Under the pieces are notes generated by a model, which was not told the origin of the DNA, ran no database searches, and worked only from the letters and a program-made list of their open reading frames with translations. DNA of 64,000 nucleotides from Rhodospirillales bacterium (GTDB lineage: Bacteria > Pseudomonadota > Alphaproteobacteria > Bin95). The translations under genes were made by a program, and so were the position numbers. Positions 21,819 to 34,049 of the stretch are shown one piece after another (position 1 is the stretch's first letter; each line of letters opens with the position of its first letter). The stretch lies in contig JAYQLI010000035.1 in assembly GCA_038143065.1 (NCBI GenBank), positions 480,001 through 544,000 on the forward strand. The letters run 5' to 3'.

Positions 21819-23322
21819 ATGGCCACTTTTGCGGTCTTAAGCGCCTTCTTTACCTCCATCTTTACGAGCACAATGGTTAACGTCGCTATTCCAAATGTGA
21901 TGGGTGCTTTTGGAGTAGGCCAAGGGCAGGCACAATTTTTGTCATCTGCGTTCTTAGCTACGAATACAACCGGTTTGCTCGGCAGTTCTTGGTTAATTGC
22001 AAAAATTGGACAAAGAAAAGCTTTTTTTGTAATTCAATGCCTCTTTGCTAGCACCAGTGTTTTTTGTTTTTTAGCTCCAAATTTAGAGCTGCTCATTCTT
22101 GCTCGTGTCACACAGGGCTTTGCAGCCGGCTTATTGCAGCCGCTAGTGATGCTCACATTATTTCAAGTCTTTCCGGTTGAAAAACGTGGCCTTGCCATGG
22201 GTATGTTCAGTATGGGGGTGACTGTTGCTCTTGGTTTAGGTCCCTCTATCGGGGGAGTGGTGATAGATTTTTTCAATTGGCGAGCAATATTTTCGCTCCC
22301 CTGCCTGGATTAGTTTTAGCCAGTTTTCTAGGACTTTTTTCTTGCCAGCAGAAGAAAAAAGAGCCGAAGCAGGGCGTTTCGATACCATTGGGTTTGCACT
22401 CATTAATACAACGGTATTTTGCTGGTTTATGTTACTTGGAAATGGACAGAGGTGGGGTTGGGGCTCCAGTGAAATTCTCACTTTAGCTAGCATCACTGTT
22501 CTGTGCGGCTTTGGTTTTATCTGGTCCCAAATACAGCAAAGCAATGCGCTTATCGAAATAAGTATTTTTCGTAACAAGCGCTTCGTAATGGTATTGGCAA
22601 TCTCCTTCCTCTTTGGATTTGGGAATTTTGCAACTGTTTACGCTTTTCCTATTTTTGGACAGATTGTCCAAAACTTTTCCCCCACTATTGCGGGCTCGAT
22701 GCTTTTGCCAGGAAGCTTGTTTGCTGCATTAGTTTTGCCTCTTACAGGCATGTTTGCTGATAAATCATCTCCTAAGCTGGCAATGATAATCGGTGTAGTA
22801 ATCATTGCCTTCAGTGTATGGATGCTTGCGGGAGCGGACTCAAATACGGTTTTTTGGTATGTTGCCTTCTCCTTACTTCTAGGAAGAGTTGGCTCTGCTT
22901 TTGTTTCCCCATCTGTGAATACAACAGCTTTGGGAGAGCTGGCACCGGAACAGGTAAGACGCGGGGCAGGGGTGGCCAACCTCGCCCTAATGCTCGGCGG
23001 CTCAACAGGCATAAGCGTTTATGTTCTCTTGTTAGAGAGGCGAATAGAATTTCACGCGGCTAATCTGGGTAGCACCCAAACGGCTTCAAATTCCTCGACT
23101 ATAGAGATGATAAGTGCGTTGTCAGGACCGCTTGGTCTCGCCGGAGTAGAAACTCATATTCGCGATGGTATAGCATTTAGCTACCTAGATAGAGTTGTTA
23201 TCGGACAAGCTAATATGTTGGGATTTCAAGACGGATTTGTTGCTCTGACACTGATAACGTTGATGCCACTAATACCTATCCTGCTTCTAGTTTTTAGTTC
23301 TCGAAACAGTAGGCCGAATTAG
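21819..23322 (+). CDS. DHA2 (EmrB/QacA) MFS efflux transporter (frameshift near 22300; start uncertain)
   Basis: TMVNVAIP, ARVTQG.AAG, GPSIGG, many TM helices. Confidence 0.88.
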
Positions 23323-23420
23323 GAAGGAGATATTCTTCAAAGGTTTTTGTTGTGGCCTTTTTGAACAATTAAGAATTGAAATCCCCTTATTGCACCGAAT
23401 GTTGTAACTGTGTGAGGGAC

Positions 23421-24078
23421 TTAGCCTGTTAACAGGATATGAAGCTGACGAGGGCCATGAGCGCCTCGAACTAATTTTGACTCGATATCCGCAGTTCCAG
23501 ATACACCTGTTACAAAATTTATATTCCTAGGCATCAATTCGTTTGTATCCCGAAATTCTCTCCAAAAAATCCTCCATATGCCCAACAACGTTGCTTTTGG
23601 GTAAGATCACAATGTGGCGGAGGGGTAGGAATGCATAAAGAGTTGGCTGGGTTGGAGATGATATAAGCACTAAAGAACCAGTCTCTGCGATACCCCAACG
23701 AGCTCGACTAACTGCTGATCCTTGATTTGGGTCTAATGCTTCATCTGTTTCAATTTTGCCCCAACCTAAAGATTGAAGAGAGGGATCTGGTGTTATGGCG
23801 AGCTGAAGTGGTGCGTTTTGGGCTTCCAAGTACTTCTGGATTGCTGAAGGGATTTCTTTCTCTGATGCGATTAACTCAACAGTTGCTGAAAGTCGTTCAG
23901 AGGTAACTTTTGACATGAACTCGGAAATAAAATCCTGAGCCTTTAAAGCTGGTTGTGTCTTACTGGATTGGCTGAGAAGTTTTTCTGCCTCTGATGCAAT
24001 TAGAGCAGGGTCTGGGTTTCCCGAGCGTCCAATCGCACTTCGAATACGGTCCAACATTTTCGTGCGCGCATCATTCAT
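23421..24078 (-). CDS. LutC/YkgG (LUD domain) protein (frameshifted)
   Basis: GIAETGSL, LPLRHIV. The shifted tail reads VTGVSGTADIE..LVRGAHGPRQLHI. Confidence 0.87.
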
Positions 24079-24097
24079 CTTTTTACTCTAGTAAAAA

Positions 24098-24947
24098 CTA
24101 CTGGTTTTGTCGGAAAGAGCTTGCAGGGTATACGCCTAAAAACCTAAATTCACGGCTAAAGAAACCAAGTTCTTCCAGTGCAAGCTTTACTGATGGATCA
24201 TCAGGATGGCCTTCGATATCAACATAAAATTGCGTCGCAAAGAAATCCCCCTCAATCATGTAACTTTCAAGTTTTGTTATATTAACTCCGTTAGTTGCAA
24301 AGCCACCCATTGCTTTATACAGCGCTGCAGGGACATTCCGAACTCGGAATATAAAAGTGCTTATACAAAGTCCGTCTGAAATAGACGGGAGTCATTGCCT
24401 CTCTCGAAAGAATTATAAATCTAGTTGTGTTATGTGCGTGATCTTCCATCTCTGGTTTTAATATTTCCAGGCCATAAATTTCAGCGGCCAGAGAGGAGGC
24501 AATAGCGCTTTCTTCAATGTCAGACGACTTTTCTAAGTCTGCAGCAGCTCCTGCGGTATCAACATGTACAATTGCTTCTAACCCTAATTCTCTAATAGCC
24601 TTCCGACATTGGCCGAGAGCATGGACATGGCTCCTGACGCGCTTGATTGTTTTTAAAGTTGAGCCTTTGGGTGCCATCAAGAAGTGTTTCACTGGCTCGA
24701 AATGCTCGCCAATTATATTCAGCCCTGTGCCAGGTAGGAGATGATGTATGTCTGCTACTCGACCTGCAATTGAATTCTCAATCGGTATCATTGCTAATCG
24801 CGCTGCACCGCTTTCCACCGCATCAAATGCACCTTCGAAAGAATTACAGGGTAACGGTGTCATGTTTGGATAAGCGGCCAAACAAGCCAAATTTGAGTAA
24901 GCACCGGGAGCACCTTGAAAAGCTATAAGATCATTAGAATCAGTCAT
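24098..24947 (-). CDS. pheA: Prephenate dehydratase (frameshifted)
   Basis: AFQGAPGAYS, PIENSIAG, NTTRF, ACT domain NITKLESY. Confidence 0.94.
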
Positions 24948-24958
24948 TCGTTGCGCCT

Positions 24959-25684
24959 TTAAACCTTGAGTTGAACGCGGGCACGTTCCAAATCATCTAG
25001 ATCGTCTACTCCTAGAGGGATGTCATCCACAACAGCAGCTGATATCACCATTCCGTCTTCTAATGCTCTTAGCTGTTCGAGACGTTCACGTAGTTCTAAT
25101 GGACTTGGTTGAAGCTGAACAAATCTTTCAAGTGCCTTTCGACGATACCCATAAAGCCCAATGTGGTGATACACCGGACCAGAACCTGTTGGAACTAAGG
25201 CTCGAGAGAAATACAGAGCACGGCCTGAAGCAGCTAGAACTGCTTTTACGACGTTCGGATTTGATAGCTCTTCCTGGTTCTTTATTTCTGCAACTAATGT
25301 CGAGATGTCGACGGAAGGTTCTTCTAGAGGTGTTAGAGCGGCACGGATAGATAAAGGTAAAATAGTTGGGATATCGCCTTGAACATTTATAACGATGTCA
25401 TGCTTGCGATCTTTATCAAGTGAATCAAGTGCAGCTTTGATTCTATCGGAACCTGACGGCAAGTCAGGGTCAGTTAAGACAGCCTTTGCCCCATACTGTT
25501 CAGCGGCCTCGGCGATTTCATTTTCAGCGGCAGCTACCACCACAGGGCCTATATCTGCTTCTTTTGCCCTATCGATGACATGAGCAATCATTGGGCGCCC
25601 ATTTATTTCAGCTAGAGGCTTCCCAGGCAGCCGCGATGCCTGCATTCGCGCTGGGATAACTATGATTGGAGAGTGCTTTTCCAT
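24959..25684 (-). CDS. kdsB: 3-deoxy-manno-octulosonate cytidylyltransferase
   Basis: IPARMQASRLPGKPL, SGSDR, NVQGD, HIGLYGY, ERLEQLRALE. Confidence 0.96.
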   Translation of the reverse strand: MEKHSPIIVIPARMQASRLPGKPLAEINGRPMIAHVIDRAKEADIGPVVVAAAENEIAEAAEQYGAKAVLTDPDLPSGSDRIKAALDSLDKDRKHDIVINVQGDIPTILPLSIRAALTPLEEPSVDISTLVAEIKNQEELSNPNVVKAVLAASGRALYFSRALVPTGSGPVYHHIGLYGYRRKALERFVQLQPSPLELRERLEQLRALEDGMVISAAVVDDIPLGVDDLDDLERARVQLKV

Positions 25685-25721
25685 GTGTTAATCATGAACC
25701 TCTAGATGGCGATGGATGCGA

Positions 25722-25737
25722 CGCGACGGAAAGACGC
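25722..25737 (+). promoter_or_regulatory. Putative RegA/PrrA binding site upstream of cytochrome c
   Basis: CGCGACGGAAAGACGC matches the consensus YGCGRCRNWWNGNCGC at every position. Confidence 0.5.
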
Positions 25738-25820
25738 ACAACTTGTGGCGCGCCTTAGCCTTTAGATGCGAGTATATCGTATTTACTGAATATCGTTATT
25801 GATTTTGGAGCTTCTTTCTT

Positions 25821-26384
25821 ATGAATTCCATGAAGGTGAATAAACTAGCCGCAGCATGTTTGTTAGCAGGAATAATTGCGATGACCAGCGGGTTTGTGAC
25901 TCGCTTAATTCACCCTGCTGCACCTGTTGAGCACCATGGTGACTCGCATGGAGACCATAAGCGCGTTTTAGGTGCTTATGCCAAGGCATCAGCCGCTCCC
26001 GAAACAGCATCAGCAGAACCTGCTGGTCCAGAGGCTGTTGCCCCACTCCTAGCCTCAGCGGACATTGAAGCAGGAAAGAAAGTTTTCAAAAAATGTCAGT
26101 CTTGCCATAATGCTGATAAAGGTGGGGCTAATAAGACAGGACCAGCACTTTATGGTGTGGTCGGTAATGACATAGCTAGTTATGAAGGTTTTAAATATTC
26201 ATCCGCGTTAGACGGCGTTGCCGGTAATTGGACGTACGATGCCCTAAATCAATTCCTGTATACGCCGCGGGCTTACGTTAAAGGCACCAAAATGGTGTTT
26301 GCCGGCCTTAAAAAGACGGCTGATAGGGCTTCTGTAATCGCATATCTCCGCGCTCAAGACGACTCCCCGGAACCTTTGCCATAA
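25821..26384 (+). CDS. cycM: Membrane-anchored cytochrome c (c2/CycM-like)
   Basis: N-terminal TM, CQSCH heme motif, GPAL.GV, GTKM.FAG. Divergent from kdsB. Confidence 0.9.
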   Translation: MNSMKVNKLAAACLLAGIIAMTSGFVTRLIHPAAPVEHHGDSHGDHKRVLGAYAKASAAPETASAEPAGPEAVAPLLASADIEAGKKVFKKCQSCHNADKGGANKTGPALYGVVGNDIASYEGFKYSSALDGVAGNWTYDALNQFLYTPRAYVKGTKMVFAGLKKTADRASVIAYLRAQDDSPEPLP

Positions 26385-26411
26385 CTAAAAAATAAAGCGG
26401 AACGACTTATC

Positions 26412-27191
26412 ATGGATCCGCGGGTACCAGCTTGGAGCCCGAGCCTAGCTTGTAGGTTAGCAGACGCCGTTCGTCCTATTCTCAGGGGATATTATCGGCA
26501 AGAACTGCTAATAGATGGGAAACCTGACCAATCTCCTGTAACAAGGGCGGATCGTGAGAGTGAGGCAGCCCTTCGTTCTATTTTGTCGAGAGAAGTTCCT
26601 GGTCACGGCATAATTGGGGAAGAACAGGGCTCAGAAAAATCTGAAGCAGATTATGTTTGGATTATAGACCCATTGGATGGCACACGTGCATTTGTGTCGG
26701 GCAAACCGCAATTTGGGTGTCTCATAGCATTAGCTCACAAAGGCCAGCCTATTGTTGGTGTTATCGATATGCCAATCTTGGAGGAACGCTGGGTAGGAGT
26801 GTTAGGTGTAGGTACAACCTTAAATGGAGCTCCTCAGCGGACCCGACATGCTGTTGAATTGAGCGAAGCCCTCATGGGGTGCACTAGCTTAGAGATGTTT
26901 TCAGAACCAGACTCTCAAGCAACTTTTGAAAAAATTCGTCAGCAAGTTCGAGACTGTAATTTTGGTGGGGATTGCTACAACTATGGCGTGCTCGCCAGTG
27001 GTTTCCTCGATATTGTCGTCGAAACATCTTTAAAGCCATGGGACTACGCTGCTCTTGTACCCATAATTCTTGCAGCAGGGGGTGCAATTACAGATTGGCA
27101 GGGCCAGCCTTTAGGTCTTGAGTCGAAGGGTGATGTTGTCGCTTCTAGTGATGCGGCATTGCATCGAAAAATTTTACCATTTCTTCAGTAA
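26412..27191 (+). CDS. hisN: Inositol monophosphatase family histidinol-phosphatase
   Basis: GEE, WIIDPLDGT, GDCY.Y, WDYAA. Confidence 0.8.
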   Translation: MDPRVPAWSPSLACRLADAVRPILRGYYRQELLIDGKPDQSPVTRADRESEAALRSILSREVPGHGIIGEEQGSEKSEADYVWIIDPLDGTRAFVSGKPQFGCLIALAHKGQPIVGVIDMPILEERWVGVLGVGTTLNGAPQRTRHAVELSEALMGCTSLEMFSEPDSQATFEKIRQQVRDCNFGGDCYNYGVLASGFLDIVVETSLKPWDYAALVPIILAAGGAITDWQGQPLGLESKGDVVASSDAALHRKILPFLQ

Positions 27192-27246
27192 AACTTACGA
27201 CGATTGGTCTTGCCCTTACGTAGTAAGAACCCCACCATAGGTTACC

Positions 27247-29117
27247 ATGAACTGGCGAATTATCCTTAGACTTATTGTGCTGTCCCTGTGCACACAACCC
27301 GCAGTTGCTGAACTGTCTATTGAAGAGCGTGAATGCATTTCTGCGTTACGGACGAAGCCCCAAGAGACTAACGATATCTTTAAACACCATGCTCTTGCAT
27401 TGCATGGAAGTCCTAAATACCCAGAAAATTTTACACACTTTGATTATGTAAATCCGAATGCTCCAAAGGGGGGTGTTTTACGGCTCGCTTCAGAAGGGTC
27501 TTTTGACAGTTTTAACCCTTTTAACAGCAAGGGCACTCCAGTTAATCCTGGAGTTTTCGAAACACTGATGGTTTCCAGTGAAGATGAAGCCTTTTCAGAA
27601 TATGGCCTTTTAGCTGAAAATATAGAATACCCGGCCGATCGCTCCTGGGTGATTTTTAATTTACGAGCAGAGGCGAGGTGGCAAGACGGTAAGCCGGTAA
27701 GCGCTGACGACGTCATTTTTTCTTTCAATACCCTTCGAGAAAAAGGTGCCCCTTTTTATCGTTTCTATTATGGAAATGTTTCGGGGTGGAAAAGCTTAAC
27801 AATCGCAGGGTTCGCTTTAATTTTGCTAATAATAAGAACCGAGAACTTCCGCTAATTTTGGGCCAGCTTCCAATTCTACCAATGCATTGGTGGTCAGGGC
27901 GTGATTTCTCCGCGACTTTACTGGATCCACCGCTTGGCTCGGGTCCTTATAAGATTGGTAGTTATGAGCCTGGTAGATTTGTCGAACGAACCCGTCATAA
28001 AAAATATTGGGGACGGAATCTCGCGGTAAACACAGGTCAAAATAATTTTGACCGAATTCGGATAGATTACTATCGAGATAGAATTGCTATTCGCGAGGCA
28101 GTTAAGGCTGGTGCGGTTGATTATTTTTTAGAAAATCAAGCCAAAGCTTGGGCTGTAGATTGGACTACGCCTGCTATTCAGCAGAAAAAACTAATTAAGA
28201 AATTGGTAAAAGAAAGTACGCCGCAGGGGATGCAGGCTTTTGTTATGAATACGCGAAGAGAGATTTTTCAGGATTTTCGCGTAAGGAAAGCGCTTAACCT
28301 AGCCTTCGATTTTGAATGGACAAATAAAAATTTATTCTTTGGGCAGTATAAGCGGTCATACAGCTTCTTTTCCAACTCGGAGTTAGCGGCATCTGGCGAA
28401 GCAAAAGGTGAGGAGAGGGTAGCTCTAAAGTGCTTGGCAGCCTATTTTCCAGAAGAAATCCTGACAGCTCCTGCCACTCTGCCTGCTACGGACGGATCTG
28501 GATGGTCTAGAGAAAATCTACGCCAAGCTTTCCGCCTGCTTAATTCTGCGGGTTGGTCTGTAAAAGATTTGAAGTTGGTAAACGAAAAAACCAACCGACA
28601 ATTTAAGTTTGAGTTTCTATTAGTCAGCCCTGCCTTCGAGCGGATCGTTTTGCCATTTAAGCGTAATCTAGAGCGCCTTGGTATGGAGGTGTCGGTTAGG
28701 CTCGTTGATCAAAGTCAATACATTAATCGGTTACGACAATTTGATTTTGATATGATTGTGAGCGGCTGGGGGCAGTCAGAATCTCCAGGCAGTGAGCAGC
28801 GTGATTATTGGGGTTCAAATGCGGCTGACCGGGAGGGTAGTCGAAATTTTATAGGTATACGAAATACTGGAATTGATGCGCTAATAGAACTGCTAATAGA
28901 AGCACCCGACAGAGAAAGCTTAATCGCACGTACACATGCACTTGATCGCGCTCTACTTGCTGGACAATGGATTATTCCAAATTGGCATATAGCAGCTGAG
29001 CGGATTGTTTATTGGGATAAGTTTGGCCAACCAGAGGTTACGCCATATAAGGGTGTTGCTTTAAATACTTGGTGGTTTGACCAAACCAAAGCATCCAAGC
29101 TTTTGGGAGGCAATTAA
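27247..29117 (+). CDS. yejA: Peptide ABC transporter substrate-binding protein (frameshift near 27785)
   Basis: HFDYVNPNAPKGG, PLGSGPY, AFDFEW.N..LF, SPG.EQ..YWGS. Confidence 0.9.
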
Positions 29118-30233
29118 TTGCTGTCCTATATTTTTCGTCGTTTGTTGCTAATTATTCCAACCTTGTTCGGCATAATGGCAATAAACTTTTTTATAGTACA
29201 GGCGGCCCCAGGGGGACCTGTCGAACAGGTAATCGCTGAATTAACCGGAACTGGTAATGTCTCAGAGCGCATTACGCGTTCGGGCGGTGACTTCAGTGCA
29301 GGGCAGAAAAATGGAAGCGTAGATATTTCTGCAAGCGAGAGCAGTACATCATCTTATAGAGGCGCACGGGGCTTAGACCCAGATTTTATTAAAGATCTCG
29401 AAAAACGGTTTGGCTTTGACAAGCCTATCCATGAGCGCTTTTTTGAGATGGTTGCAAATTTCATTCAGTTTGATTTTGGTGAAAGTTTTTTTCGTTCAGA
29501 GAGAGTTGTTGATCTTGTAATAGACAAGCTGCCTGTATCTATCTCTCTTGGACTTTGGACGACACTTTTTGTTTATTTAATTTCAATACCTCTGGGTATA
29601 GCAAAAGCGACAAGAGATGGAGAAGCATTTGATATTTGGACTAGTGCACTTGTAATTATCGGCTATGCCATTCCCGGCTTTCTTTTTGCTGTTCTCCTGC
29701 TTGTAGTTTTTGCTGGAGGTAGTTTCCTTCAATGGTTTCCTCTACGGGGGTTAACTTCAGAAAATTTTGAGCAAATGACCACAGTGCAGCAGATCTTAGA
29801 TTACTTCTGGCACTTGGTACTTCCAGTAATCTCGATGGTTATTGGAGGATTTGCTGGCCTCACTTTGCTAACCAAAAACTCTTTTTTAGATCAAATAAAT
29901 CAGCAATATGTTCTTACGGCACGCTCAAAAGGTTTATCAGAAACACGGGTTTTATTTGGGCATGTTTTTCGCAATGCAATGTTGATTGTGATAGCAGGAT
30001 TCCCCGCGGCATTCATCGGTATTTTATTTACTGGAGCTCTTTTAGTTGAAGTGATTTTTTCTTTGGATGGTCTTGGCCTTCTGGGATATGAGGCTGCAAT
30101 AAAACGTGATTATCCAGTGATGTTTGCTAGCGTCTGGTTTTTCTCACTTCTTGGACTTTTGATGAACCTGGTTGGAGATCTTACCTATATGTGGGTGGAT
30201 CCACGCATAGATTTTGAGACCCGAAGATCGTGA
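29118..30233 (+). CDS. yejB: Peptide ABC transporter permease
   Basis: [33 protein letters not shown]. Confidence 0.93.
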   Translation: MLSYIFRRLLLIIPTLFGIMAINFFIVQAAPGGPVEQVIAELTGTGNVSERITRSGGDFSAGQKNGSVDISASESSTSSYRGARGLDPDFIKDLEKRFGFDKPIHERFFEMVANFIQFDFGESFFRSERVVDLVIDKLPVSISLGLWTTLFVYLISIPLGIAKATRDGEAFDIWTSALVIIGYAIPGFLFAVLLLVVFAGGSFLQWFPLRGLTSENFEQMTTVQQILDYFWHLVLPVISMVIGGFAGLTLLTKNSFLDQINQQYVLTARSKGLSETRVLFGHVFRNAMLIVIAGFPAAFIGILFTGALLVEVIFSLDGLGLLGYEAAIKRDYPVMFASVWFFSLLGLLMNLVGDLTYMWVDPRIDFETRRS

Positions 30234-31252
30234 ATATTTCTCCAATAAATAAGCGTCGTTTTGCACAGTTTAAGTCGAATAAGCGGGGTTACTGGTCTGC
30301 GATTATTTTCTGTTGCGTGTTTTTGATAAGCTTATTTGCCGAATTTATAGCCAACGATAAACCCTTTCTTCTGGTTTATGACGGTGAAATTTACATGCCT
30401 GTGATGTCGGCATATCCCGAGACAGCTTTTGGTGGAGAATTTCTAACAGAGGCAGATTACAGAGACCCTGTTGTTGCGCGAAAGATCAATGAAAATGGAT
30501 GGATGTTATGGCCTTTGATCCGCTTCAATCATGCCACTGTTGCTTGGGACCTTCCTGCACCGGCTCCCACTGGGCCAGACACAACACACATTCTAGGCAC
30601 TGACGATCAGGCGCGCGATCTGGCGGCTAGGTTGATTTACGGATTTAGAATTTCTGTGCTTTTTGGTTTCACTTTAGTTGTTTTTTCATCATTAATTGGC
30701 GTATTTGCTGGCCTGGTCCAAGGATTTTACGGTGGTTTGATAGATCTAACTGTTCAGAGATTTATTGAAGTTTGGGGCGGACTTCCCCAACTCTATATCT
30801 TGATTATTTTGGCTAGTGTGGTCGAACCAAATTTTTGGTGGCTACTTGGGCTTCTCTTACTGTTTAGCTGGGTCAGCCTAGTTGGAGTAGTTCGTGCTGA
30901 AACGCTTCGAGCGCGTAATCAAGATTTTGTGCGTGCAGCAAGGGCTCTAGGTGTGTCCAACAGCATGATTATTCTGCGACATGTACTACCAAATGCGATG
31001 GTAGCGACAATCACTTTCCTGCCTTTTATTCTTGCAGGGTCTGTCACTACTCTTACAGCTCTTGATTTTATAGGTTTTGGCCTGCCGCCAGGCTCACCTT
31101 CTCTTGGAGAAATGTTGCAACAGGGTAAAAACAATCTTCAGGCGCCTTGGCTTGGATTAACAGGTTTCTTTTCAATAGCGCTTCTGCTGACTCTTCTTGT
31201 GTTTGCAGGTGAGGCTGTGCGGGACGCATTTGATCCAAGGAAGACCACTTAA
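30230..31252 (+). CDS. yejE: Peptide ABC transporter permease
   Basis: [29 protein letters not shown]. Confidence 0.93.
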   Translation: MNISPINKRRFAQFKSNKRGYWSAIIFCCVFLISLFAEFIANDKPFLLVYDGEIYMPVMSAYPETAFGGEFLTEADYRDPVVARKINENGWMLWPLIRFNHATVAWDLPAPAPTGPDTTHILGTDDQARDLAARLIYGFRISVLFGFTLVVFSSLIGVFAGLVQGFYGGLIDLTVQRFIEVWGGLPQLYILIILASVVEPNFWWLLGLLLLFSWVSLVGVVRAETLRARNQDFVRAARALGVSNSMIILRHVLPNAMVATITFLPFILAGSVTTLTALDFIGFGLPPGSPSLGEMLQQGKNNLQAPWLGLTGFFSIALLLTLLVFAGEAVRDAFDPRKTT

Positions 31253-32852
31253 TGTCGGGTCCCATTTTAAAGATTGATAATCTGGGTGTAAGCTTTAGGG
31301 GGACTAGTGGAGAACCGAAACTTGTTGTTAAAGACGTCTCTCTAGAGCTTAGTAAGGAGAAACTTTAGCTTTAGTTGGTGAATCTGGTTCTGGGAAATCA
31401 GTTACCGCACTTTCAATCTTGCAACTGCTGCCATACCCAAACGCGGAGCATCCTTCGGGTTCCATTCTATTTGACGATCTAGAAATGGTAGGGGCAACTC
31501 AATTTGACTTGCGTCGGGTTCGGGGACAGCGAGTTGGAATGATTTTTCAGGAACCAATGACAAGCTTAAATCCGCTACATTCGGTTGCTCGTCAAATTAG
31601 TGAAAGCCTTATTGTCCATCGAAAGTTTTCTAAAACTTCTGCAAGAAGTAGGGCCTTAGAGCTCTTGGAACTTGTTGGAATTAAAGACGCTAAAGCAAGG
31701 CTCGATAGCTATCCCCATCAATTATCTGGAGGGCAGAGGCAACGGGTTATGATCGCGATGGCTTTGGCTAATGAGCCTGATCTGTTAATCGCGGATGAGC
31801 CTACAACTGCACTGGATGTCACTATTCAAGCACAAATTCTAGACCTGCTTCGTGAATTGCAAGCTAAGCTTGGGATGGCTATCCTCTTGATTACCCATGA
31901 CTTGAGCATAGTTCGGACAGTTTCCGATCGTGTTGCCGTAATGAGGCAGGGAAGCATCGTAGAAACAGGGTTAACACCAGATGTTTTTCGTATTCCAAAG
32001 CACGAATACACGCAGAAATTGCTAGATGCCGAACCAAAAGAACGGCCTATCTCCCCGGATCCCGAGGCCAAAGAAATAATTAGCTCAGAGAACTTAAAAG
32101 TTTGGTTTCCAATTAAAAGAGGAATTCTACGACGCACAAATGGATATATTAAGGCTGTAGATGGCATCTCAATTTCTGTTAAAGCTGGCCAGACCTTGGG
32201 TGTCGTGGGAGAGTCTGGATCTGGGAAAAGTACACTGGGTTTGGCTTTGCTTCGTCTTCAAGCAAGCAAAGGAAAAATTAGATTTTGTGGTTTAGATATT
32301 AGCACTAAAAGACCTCCTGAACTCAGGCCAATGCGGCGAGAGATGCAGATAGTCTTTCAAGATCCGTACGGCAGCCTTAGTCCTCGTATGACTGTTGGAC
32401 AGATTATTTCGGAGGGTCTTAAAACTCATAATATCGAAAGCAATGTGAGTAGGCGTGTGTCGGACGTGCTTAAAGAAGTTGGTCTCGAGGCTGAAATGTC
32501 TAATCGATATCCAAATGAGTTTTCAGGTGGACAACGTCAGCGCATAGCTATTGCCCGAGCAATAATTCTTGAACCTCAGCTGCTAGTTTTAGATGAGCCG
32601 ACCTCAGCTCTAGACACTACGGTTCAGGCACAAATAATAGAGCTGTTGCACACATTGCAGGTCAAACGAAGTCTCAGTTACATATTTATTAGCCATGACC
32701 TAAGAGTGGTCAGAGCTCTTGCTCATGACTTAATTGTCATGAAAGAAGGAAAGGTTATTGAGCAGGGTGCAGCTGAACAAATTTTCACATCTCCAAAAAA
32801 TGAATATACAAAACAATTGCTTGGGGCCGCCTTGGACATAGAAAATATTTAA
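31252..32852 (+). CDS. yejF: Peptide ABC transporter dual ATP-binding protein (frameshift near 31355)
   Basis: Two GESGSGKS and SGGQRQR sets. Confidence 0.9.
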
Positions 32853-32880
32853 TTAAAAAATCAAATTTTCAGTAACTTAT

Positions 32881-33213
32881 TTAATTTATTAGCTCTAATT
32901 TCTTATCAAAATATGTTAAAGCATCCTTTAGCACATTGCCGCGTTTAACGCGCTCTTTGGCCTTGAAAACCAACCATTCGATACCACCAGACCGGCGCCT
33001 AATTTTTACTACACTGTATAGTGGTGCATCAAAGGTGTGCTTAAACATTGTAAAACTTGCATATCCAGGCTGAAAATCTATTGCGTAATCCTTCCACTCT
33101 CCTGCCATAACGTGCCGACTATATAGGTTCATAAGTTCTCGAAGCTCGTTTGGATGTAAGCTTATTGGTTTAAGTGAACGGCGATAGCCTTCGAGGTTGA
33201 TTAGCGTGGCCAT
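32881..33213 (-). CDS. DUF2794 family protein
   Basis: EL..LY...V.AGEWKDYAID signature. Confidence 0.85.
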   Translation of the reverse strand: MATLINLEGYRRSLKPISLHPNELRELMNLYSRHVMAGEWKDYAIDFQPGYASFTMFKHTFDAPLYSVVKIRRRSGGIEWLVFKAKERVKRGNVLKDALTYFDKKLELIN

Positions 33214-33399
33214 GTTTGTTCCCAGATAGCTGTCCGTGACTGCGAATAAAATTTTGTAATAACAAGCGATAGTTAATGGAAAGATGTTCGCTTGAAGTGG
33301 GTCCTTGTGTAAAGGGTTATAATTTCTCAGATTGCGCCAACATAGGTGGCTCTATATGGTGCGGTTGGTTTGGTACTGAGCAAATGAGGCATTCTCCCA

Positions 33400-34041
33400 G
33401 TGGTCGATATTTTTGATGAAATTGATGAAGATGTGCGCAAGGAGCGGCTTAATGCCGTTGCAAAGAAATACGGTCCATTCTTTGGGGGCGTTGTTGCGCT
33501 GATAATTGGAAGTGTCGCTGCTGTTACATTTTGGGAGCAACACAAGGAGACTAAGAGTGCTGATGCTGGTACTAGCTTCTTGTCAGCAGCTAGAGATGAA
33601 ACGGTTAAACCAGGTTCTGGTGCTTCAAGTTTTGCACAAGTAGCTGAAGAGGGGCCTGCTGGTTACGGAGTACTTGCGCGAATAAAGCAGGCTGAATCTC
33701 TTGCAGCTTCCGGCAATCGAGTAGGAGCCATTCAAGTGCTTGACCTGGCAAAAAGTGTCGACGCTCCAGAGCGTTATACTTCTTTAGCGAGCATTCTTTC
33801 TCTTTCACTTAGGTCCTATGACGAAAAGCCAGAAGAACTATTGCCGCTGGTTGAAACTTTAACAGTCTCGGATCATCCATGGCGCTTATTTGCGATTGAG
33901 TTAGCTGCCGCATTAGAGTTAAAACTTGGCCGCATTAATGACGCTAGAAAACGTTTGAATATCATTAGTTCAGATGCTTCCGCTCCGGTTTCGATGCGTT
34001 CACGGGCAGAAATGATGCTAAGTGGTCTTCCAGAAAGCTGA
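33400..34041 (+). CDS. TPR_21/YfgM-like membrane-anchored protein
   Basis: DIFDEIDEDVR, TM helix, first gene of the yfgM-bamB-der cluster. Confidence 0.85.
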   Translation: MVDIFDEIDEDVRKERLNAVAKKYGPFFGGVVALIIGSVAAVTFWEQHKETKSADAGTSFLSAARDETVKPGSGASSFAQVAEEGPAGYGVLARIKQAESLAASGNRVGAIQVLDLAKSVDAPERYTSLASILSLSLRSYDEKPEELLPLVETLTVSDHPWRLFAIELAAALELKLGRINDARKRLNIISSDASAPVSMRSRAEMMLSGLPES

Positions 34042-34049
34042 AGAAAAAG

